Origin: Bacillota bacterium
GTDB taxonomy: Bacteria; Bacillota; Sulfobacillia; Fermentithermobacillales; Fermentithermobacillaceae
Direction of reading: 5' to 3'
Assembly (NCBI GenBank): GCA_050952085.1
Contig: JBMNKH010000004.1
Span: 309,583-373,582, forward strand
DNA: 64,000 nt
Shown here: in pieces, positions 59,412 through 64,000 of the stretch
Layout of the letters: every line of letters starts with the position of its first letter
Position numbering within the stretch: the first letter of the stretch is position 1
Program-made: the position numbers and the translations under genes
Notes under the pieces: generated by a model
What the model was told of the DNA's origin: nothing
Database searches by the model: none
Seen by the model: the letters and a program-made list of their open reading frames with translations, nothing else

Positions 59412-61109
59412 ATGGATGAGAGCACGAGTGTCATAAACCAAGTTAAGACTGACATTAAGAAGAGAATTGCGGAAGCCATCGACAAAGCAAGGCAAAAAGG
59501 AGATTTGCCTGGGTACGTAGAGGCTGACATCAAGATACATATGCCTGCCAAGCCTGAGCAGGGCGACTTCGCCACAGGTGTGGCAATGGCCCTGGCAAGC
59601 GAGATGAAATCTGACGGCCGGTCTGTAGCAGGCGCCATTGTACGCTACCTTTCATTGGAGGACTCGTGGATTCAGCGGGTTGACATCGCCGGCCCGGGGT
59701 TTCTGAATTTCTTCCTTAGCACCGGCTGGCTGCAAGAAGCTATGGCGGATATCTGGAAAAAAGGGCCTGTTTTCGGCTCTACCGGATACGGTGCAGGGAA
59801 GAAGATCTTGCTTGAGTTCGTAAGCGCTAACCCTACAGGCCCGCTCAACGTTGTGAATGCACGGGCGGCTGCTATCGGCGACTGCCTGGCATCTTTGCTT
59901 GAAGCTTCAGGCTACCAGGTATCCAGGGAGTTCTACATAAACGACGCAGGCAACCAGGTGGATGTGCTTGCTGATTCCCTGGAAGCGCGTTACCGGCAGC
60001 AGCTTGGCCAGGACGTGCCCTTCCCTGAAAACGGGTACCGCGGCGAATATCTCATAGACTTTGCCAAGGAGCTTATTGAGGAAAAAGGAGACAGCATCCT
60101 CGAACTCCCTGATCCTGAAAGGCATGAGTGGCTCAAGCAGTATGCTGTGTCCCGTATGGTAGGGAAACAAAAGCAGACACTCCTGGAGTACGGCCTTGAG
60201 TACGACACCTGGTTCTCTGAAAAAAGCTTGCGCGATGAGGGCGCTCCTGAAGCTACCCTGAGGCTCCTGGCTGAGAGAGGATTCATATACGAAAAAGACG
60301 GGGCCCAGTGGCTCAAGTCGACCAAGTTCGGGGATGACAAGGACCGGGTGGTGGTCAAGTCAGACGGCGAGATGACGTATCTTGTGCCCGACATCGCATA
60401 CCACAAGAACAAGTTTGAGCGCGGTTTCGACCACCTTATTGACATCCTCGGCCCGGACCATCACGGGTATGTAAGCAGGCTCAAAGCCGGAATCGCAGCC
60501 CTAGGTTACCCACCTGAAAGCCTTGAGGTGATTATTGCCCAGACGGTGAGGCTCATCAGGGGTAACCAGGTTGTGAAGATGTCCAAGCGTGGCGGCGAGT
60601 TTGTGTCCATGGACGAACTCCTGGAAGAAGCGGGCAAGGACGCATGCCGGTTTTTCTTCCTCATGCGGGCGCCGTCCAGCCACCTGGATTTTGACTTGGA
60701 CCTTGCGCGGCTCCAGTCAAATGAAAACCCTGTCTACTATGTGCAGTATGCCCATGCCAGGATAGCCAGCATCTTCAGGCAGGCAAGGCAGGAAGGGGTT
60801 GTGCCTGCATTAGGCCCAAATGAGATCGATTTTTCGCTGCTCAGGGAGCCTTCTGAAATCCAGCTCATGAAGCTCCTGGCTGCTTTCCCTGAAGAGGTGT
60901 ACGAAATCAGCCAGGCCAGGGAGCCTAACAGGCTGATAAATTACATGATGAACGTGGCTTCGGCGTTCCATTCTTTCTACACCCAGTGCCGGGTACTAGG
61001 GGAAGACAAGGAACTTAGCGCAGCCAGGCTGTATCTTGCCAGGGTGTGCCAGATAGTGCTTGCAAACGCGCTCAGGATGGCGGGAGTGTCCGCCCCAGAG
61101 GCAATGTAA
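59412..61109 (+). CDS. argS: Arginine--tRNA ligase
   Basis: EFVSANPTGP, DIAYH, KMSKR, YVQYAHAR; speE-speB-argS context. Confidence 0.95.
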   Translation: MDESTSVINQVKTDIKKRIAEAIDKARQKGDLPGYVEADIKIHMPAKPEQGDFATGVAMALASEMKSDGRSVAGAIVRYLSLEDSWIQRVDIAGPGFLNFFLSTGWLQEAMADIWKKGPVFGSTGYGAGKKILLEFVSANPTGPLNVVNARAAAIGDCLASLLEASGYQVSREFYINDAGNQVDVLADSLEARYRQQLGQDVPFPENGYRGEYLIDFAKELIEEKGDSILELPDPERHEWLKQYAVSRMVGKQKQTLLEYGLEYDTWFSEKSLRDEGAPEATLRLLAERGFIYEKDGAQWLKSTKFGDDKDRVVVKSDGEMTYLVPDIAYHKNKFERGFDHLIDILGPDHHGYVSRLKAGIAALGYPPESLEVIIAQTVRLIRGNQVVKMSKRGGEFVSMDELLEEAGKDACRFFFLMRAPSSHLDFDLDLARLQSNENPVYYVQYAHARIASIFRQARQEGVVPALGPNEIDFSLLREPSEIQLMKLLAAFPEEVYEISQAREPNRLINYMMNVASAFHSFYTQCRVLGEDKELSAARLYLARVCQIVLANALRMAGVSAPEAM

Positions 61110-61116
61110 GACTTCC

Positions 61117-61630
61117 CTGGTTGATTCTAGTACCAGGTTCAGCGCCAACCTGGTCGGTTTTGGTACCAGGTTTGCTCCTAGAGTGATCGATTTTGGTACC
61201 GGATTGGGTTGGAACTGGCGGATTTTGATACCACGTTCAGGTCAGAAGTGGTCGGATTTGATACCAGGTTCGCTTCCAAGGTGGTCGGTTCTGGTACCAG
61301 CTTGGTTGTAGGCTGGTCGGTTTTAGTACCAGGTTACGGGCAAAGGTGATGGGTTTTGGTACCATGTTTGTCCACAAGGCGGTCGATTTTGATATCAGGT
61401 TAGGCTAGAGCTGGTCGATTTCAGTACCAGGTTTTCAGCGGAAGTGATCGATTCCGGTACCAGCTTGGGCAGCAAGCTGGTCGATTTTGGTACCAGATGG
61501 GCGAGCAACTGGTCGATTCCAGTACCAGGTTTGGTGCAAACGTGGTGGGTCTTGGTACCAGATTTGCTCCTAAGGTGGTCGATTTTGATACCAGGTTGGG
61601 TCAGAGCCGGTTGATTTTCATACCACGTTT
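61117..61630. repeat. Non-coding tandem array: 16 units, 33/33/32-bp spacing, 98-bp higher-order repeat x5
   Basis: Core TGGTCGATTTTGGTACCAGGTT; TACC anchors at 61131, 61164, 61197, 61229, 61262, 61295, 61327, 61360, 61393 (TATC), 61425, 61458, 61491, 61523, 61556, 61589, 61621. Confidence 0.95.
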
Positions 61631-61717
61631 GGCTTGGAAGTGACCATTCTGAAACAATTGCGCAGGCAATACCACTGTCTGGCAGCATAATCACTGGAAC
61701 AGGGGAGACAATATGAA

Positions 61718-61762
61718 GGGTGTGTCTCAAAACTGAACGGGTATGCAATCTGAGACACACCC
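61718..61762. repeat. 12-bp inverted repeat (terminator or IS/MITE scar)
   Basis: GGGTGTGTCTCA-21 nt-TGAGACACACCC. Confidence 0.6.
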
Positions 61763-61860
61763 ACTGTTTTCTACGATATTCCGATTTCTACTATATTCCG
61801 CCAGGAAGACCGGTCAGCAACCAATATGACGAAGGAAGCATCCAGACAGACATGAACCTG

Positions 61861-63267
61861 TCATCCCCTGGATCTAGACCTGGGTGCCTTGAGCCCGTGG
61901 ATTTTCATCCGGTACTGCAGCGTCTGCCTTGGTATCCCCAGAATCCTTGCGGCCTGGGATACTGAACCGCCCTGTCTCAAAGCTTCTTCTATAGCAGCCT
62001 TTTCGTGGCTCTTGAGCTGGTTTCGTATCGAACCCTTAGATAGCGTGGTTGTGGCGGTGATACCCCTTACAGTCGGGGGTATGTGTACCAACTCAATGGT
62101 GTTGCCCCTTAAGAATGCAAGGCTTCCTTCTATAGCGTGTTCAAGTTCGCGCACATTTCCGGGCCAATCATATGTGAGGAAAGCGGACATCACTTCAGGT
62201 GATATACTGATGTTCCTTCCTTTGCCGTGCTTGCGCAAGAAGTGGGAGCACAAGAGGGGAATGTCTTCCTGCCTCTTTCTTAAAGGCGGTAGCCCAATCT
62301 CGACGACTGCCAGGCGGAAATACAAGTCAGGCCGCATAAGCCCTTGTTCCACAGCTTGCCGCGGGAGTACGCTGGTTGAGCCGATTATACGTACGTCTAC
62401 AGGCCTCTCCCTCACATCGCCAAGGCGCCGCACTCTCTTTTCCTGGATTACCCTCAGCAGTTTTGCCTGGAGCCCCAGGGGCATAGAGTCAATTTCGTCA
62501 AGGTACAAAGTGCCTCCTGAGGCCAGTTCCAAGAGCCCCGGACGGTCCTGGGCACCTGTGAACCCGCCTTTGGAGGTGCCGAACACCAGGCCTTCCAGCA
62601 AACCTTCAGGCAGGGCGGCGCAGTTCTGGGCGACGAAGGCAGATCCCGCCCTTTCTGATGCAGAATGAATGGATTGGACAACCAGCTCCTTACCAGTGCC
62701 GGTCTCGCCCCAGACAAGCACATTGGATTGGGTGCGGGCAACTTGAACCACTTGGCGCCTTACTTCCCTCATCACCGCCGATTGCCCCACTATGTCGTCT
62801 ACAGTGAATAATTTCCGGGAAATCTTAGCAGAAGCCCTGGGTCCGCCGGTGTCTTCCGCGCACTCCTTGATCCGGAGTTCCTGCCGCAAGTCGGCAATCC
62901 TTTCGGCCATTTCTTTGATCCTGGTGATATCTGTCGAAATCTCACACGCCCCGATGATCTTGTCCCCGTCTGTGATAGGGTATGTTGAATTTATGGTAGT
63001 GATTTTCTTACCCTTATAGTTAGTGAAAGTCTGCTGCTTTGCTATCTCAGGCACCCCGTTCCTGAGCACCCTGAGCAAAGTGCTTGAGTCATGGGTGAGA
63101 GACGGGAAAACGTCCAGTATATGCTTGCCCAGCACTTCTTCGGGCAAGAGGCCGTCAAACTCTGAAGCAGCCTTGTTGTATACAACGGTTACGCCTTGTT
63201 CATTTACCACATGGATACCCTCGCTGGCCACTTCCAGCACTTTGAGAAGCGCAGTTAATAGATCCAG
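61861..63267 (-). CDS. Sigma54-dependent activator, PAS-AAA+-HTH (RocR/KamR-like)
   Basis: PAS (GIHVVNEQG), GETGTGKE, NCAALP, GGFTGA, WPGNVREL, Fis-type HTH; start CTG 63267 or GTG 63240. Confidence 0.92.
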   Translation of the reverse strand: MDLLTALLKVLEVASEGIHVVNEQGVTVVYNKAASEFDGLLPEEVLGKHILDVFPSLTHDSSTLLRVLRNGVPEIAKQQTFTNYKGKKITTINSTYPITDGDKIIGACEISTDITRIKEMAERIADLRQELRIKECAEDTGGPRASAKISRKLFTVDDIVGQSAVMREVRRQVVQVARTQSNVLVWGETGTGKELVVQSIHSASERAGSAFVAQNCAALPEGLLEGLVFGTSKGGFTGAQDRPGLLELASGGTLYLDEIDSMPLGLQAKLLRVIQEKRVRRLGDVRERPVDVRIIGSTSVLPRQAVEQGLMRPDLYFRLAVVEIGLPPLRKRQEDIPLLCSHFLRKHGKGRNISISPEVMSAFLTYDWPGNVRELEHAIEGSLAFLRGNTIELVHIPPTVRGITATTTLSKGSIRNQLKSHEKAAIEEALRQGGSVSQAARILGIPRQTLQYRMKIHGLKAPRSRSRG

Positions 63268-63314
63268 GGTTCATCCTCCTCATCAGGCACAGCCTACAAC
63301 TCTCGCCGGACCGG

Positions 63315-63453
63315 CGGCAGCCTTACTATTGGCAATTACCGTCACTGGCAGCCATCCGGCTATCAGCAATCACTGCCAGGCCGGCAGCCACCTGACTACC
63401 GGCAATCACGGCCAGGCTGGCAGTTATCCCGGTCCAGGCGACTACTGCAGATC
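63315..63453. repeat. Degenerate 36-bp tandem repeat
   Basis: GGCAG-starting units at 63346, 63382, 63418 (36-bp period) plus a shorter degenerate copy at 63315. Confidence 0.7.
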
Positions 63454-63705
63454 GGTAATTCTAGTCCGTCAATCCTGCCCGGAACTGCCGGTAATTTGGC
63501 GCCTGCACATAATACACATGACCAAGATTCGGCAACCCTGACGCCGATTCCTGCCGGGATGAATGAAATCCTTGGATTATCCCTAAGAGCTGCGGCGCGT
63601 CCCACAAGGACACAAACCCCCTTACGCAGGCTTTCAACCGGTTGTTCAAGTGCTTGGAAATATCAGGTAGCAGGGGTGTTTGCTTAACGCCCGGCCGGAA
63701 CCTCG

Positions 63706-63720
63706 TGGCACGGAAATTGC
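63706..63720 (+). promoter_or_regulatory. Sigma54 (-24/-12) promoter
   Basis: TGGCAC-GGAAA-TTGC, 64 nt upstream of the kdd start, divergent from the activator gene. Confidence 0.85.
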
Positions 63721-63784
63721 GTTGATAAAGGGTATGAACGATTCGCTCGAGATGAACTACTTACTGATGACCGGAGGTGTTCAA

Positions 63785-64000
63785 ATGACAAAAGAGTACA
63801 AATGGGGATGTCCTTACGGCTGTCACAGGGTAATCGAACCTCAAGGCGTGCTGCCTCAAGCAGCGTGGAAGATAGACAATTCCCCGGAAATCCGGCGCAA
63901 CGAAATACTTATTGACGTGGAAACTCTTAACGTGGATGCTGCAAGTTTCAAACAGATGGTGTCCCAATGTGACCCAGATGCTGACGATGCAAAGAAAGAA
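63785..64000 (+). CDS. kdd: L-erythro-3,5-diaminohexanoate dehydrogenase (lysine fermentation), 5' part
   Basis: Manual translation after GGAGGT: MTKEYKWGCPYGCHRVIEPQGVLPQAAWKIDNSPEIRRNEILIDVETLNVDAASFKQM, matching the Kdd N-terminus; runs off the window. Confidence 0.85.
   Translation, partial: MTKEYKWGCPYGCHRVIEPQGVLPQAAWKIDNSPEIRRNEILIDVETLNVDAASFKQMVSQCDPDADDAKKE

Noticed and set aside
61117-61630. CRISPR array interpretation of the 33-bp repeats
   Set aside because: Linkers are only 10-11 nt and related to one another rather than unique 25-45 nt spacers; repeats are degenerate throughout; no cas genes in the window.
61060-61760. ORFs 61060..61311 (+) and 61395..61760 (-) with apparent 11-aa repeats
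   Set aside because: The 98-bp period shifts frame every third unit, both ORFs stop inside the array, and one overlaps argS; they look like by-products of the DNA repeat.

Overview
This is the chromosomal replication-origin region of a Bacillota (Firmicutes) bacterium, probably an anaerobic, endospore-forming, Clostridia-like lineage (inference from yyaC, yaaL, bofA, lonC, sporulation-sigma-like promoters and a lysine-fermentation gene). Left arm (minus strand): dnaA, oriC, dnaN, recF, DUF721/DciA-like gene, gyrB, gyrA, archease, rtcB, mtnP, mtnA and two tandem double-AbrB/Zn-ribbon paralogs. Right arm (mostly plus strand): rpmH-rnpA-yidD-yidC-jag-mnmE-mnmG-rsmG-noc-like-parA-parB-parS-alr, M23-bactofilin, rpsF-ssb-rpsR-yybS-rplI-lonC-dnaB, six tRNAs with tadA, large SRP RNA, dnaX-ybaB-recR, a ~6 kb AT-richer decaying insertion (wrecked opp/dpp ABC operon), yaaL-bofA, cell-wall genes, speE-speB-argS, a sigma54 activator and the start of kdd. 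The least explained element is a non-coding array right after argS: 16 palindromic units spaced 33/33/32 bp, forming a five-fold 98-bp higher-order repeat. Other oddities: a gyrase with four drug-contact substitutions, a Noc-like protein lacking the CTP-binding motif, an ArgRS whose HIGH motif reads NVVN, and archaeal-type RtcB plus archease coupled to gyrA. All calls come from manual motif recognition; no database searches were run, and several start codons are re-chosen from RBS spacing.
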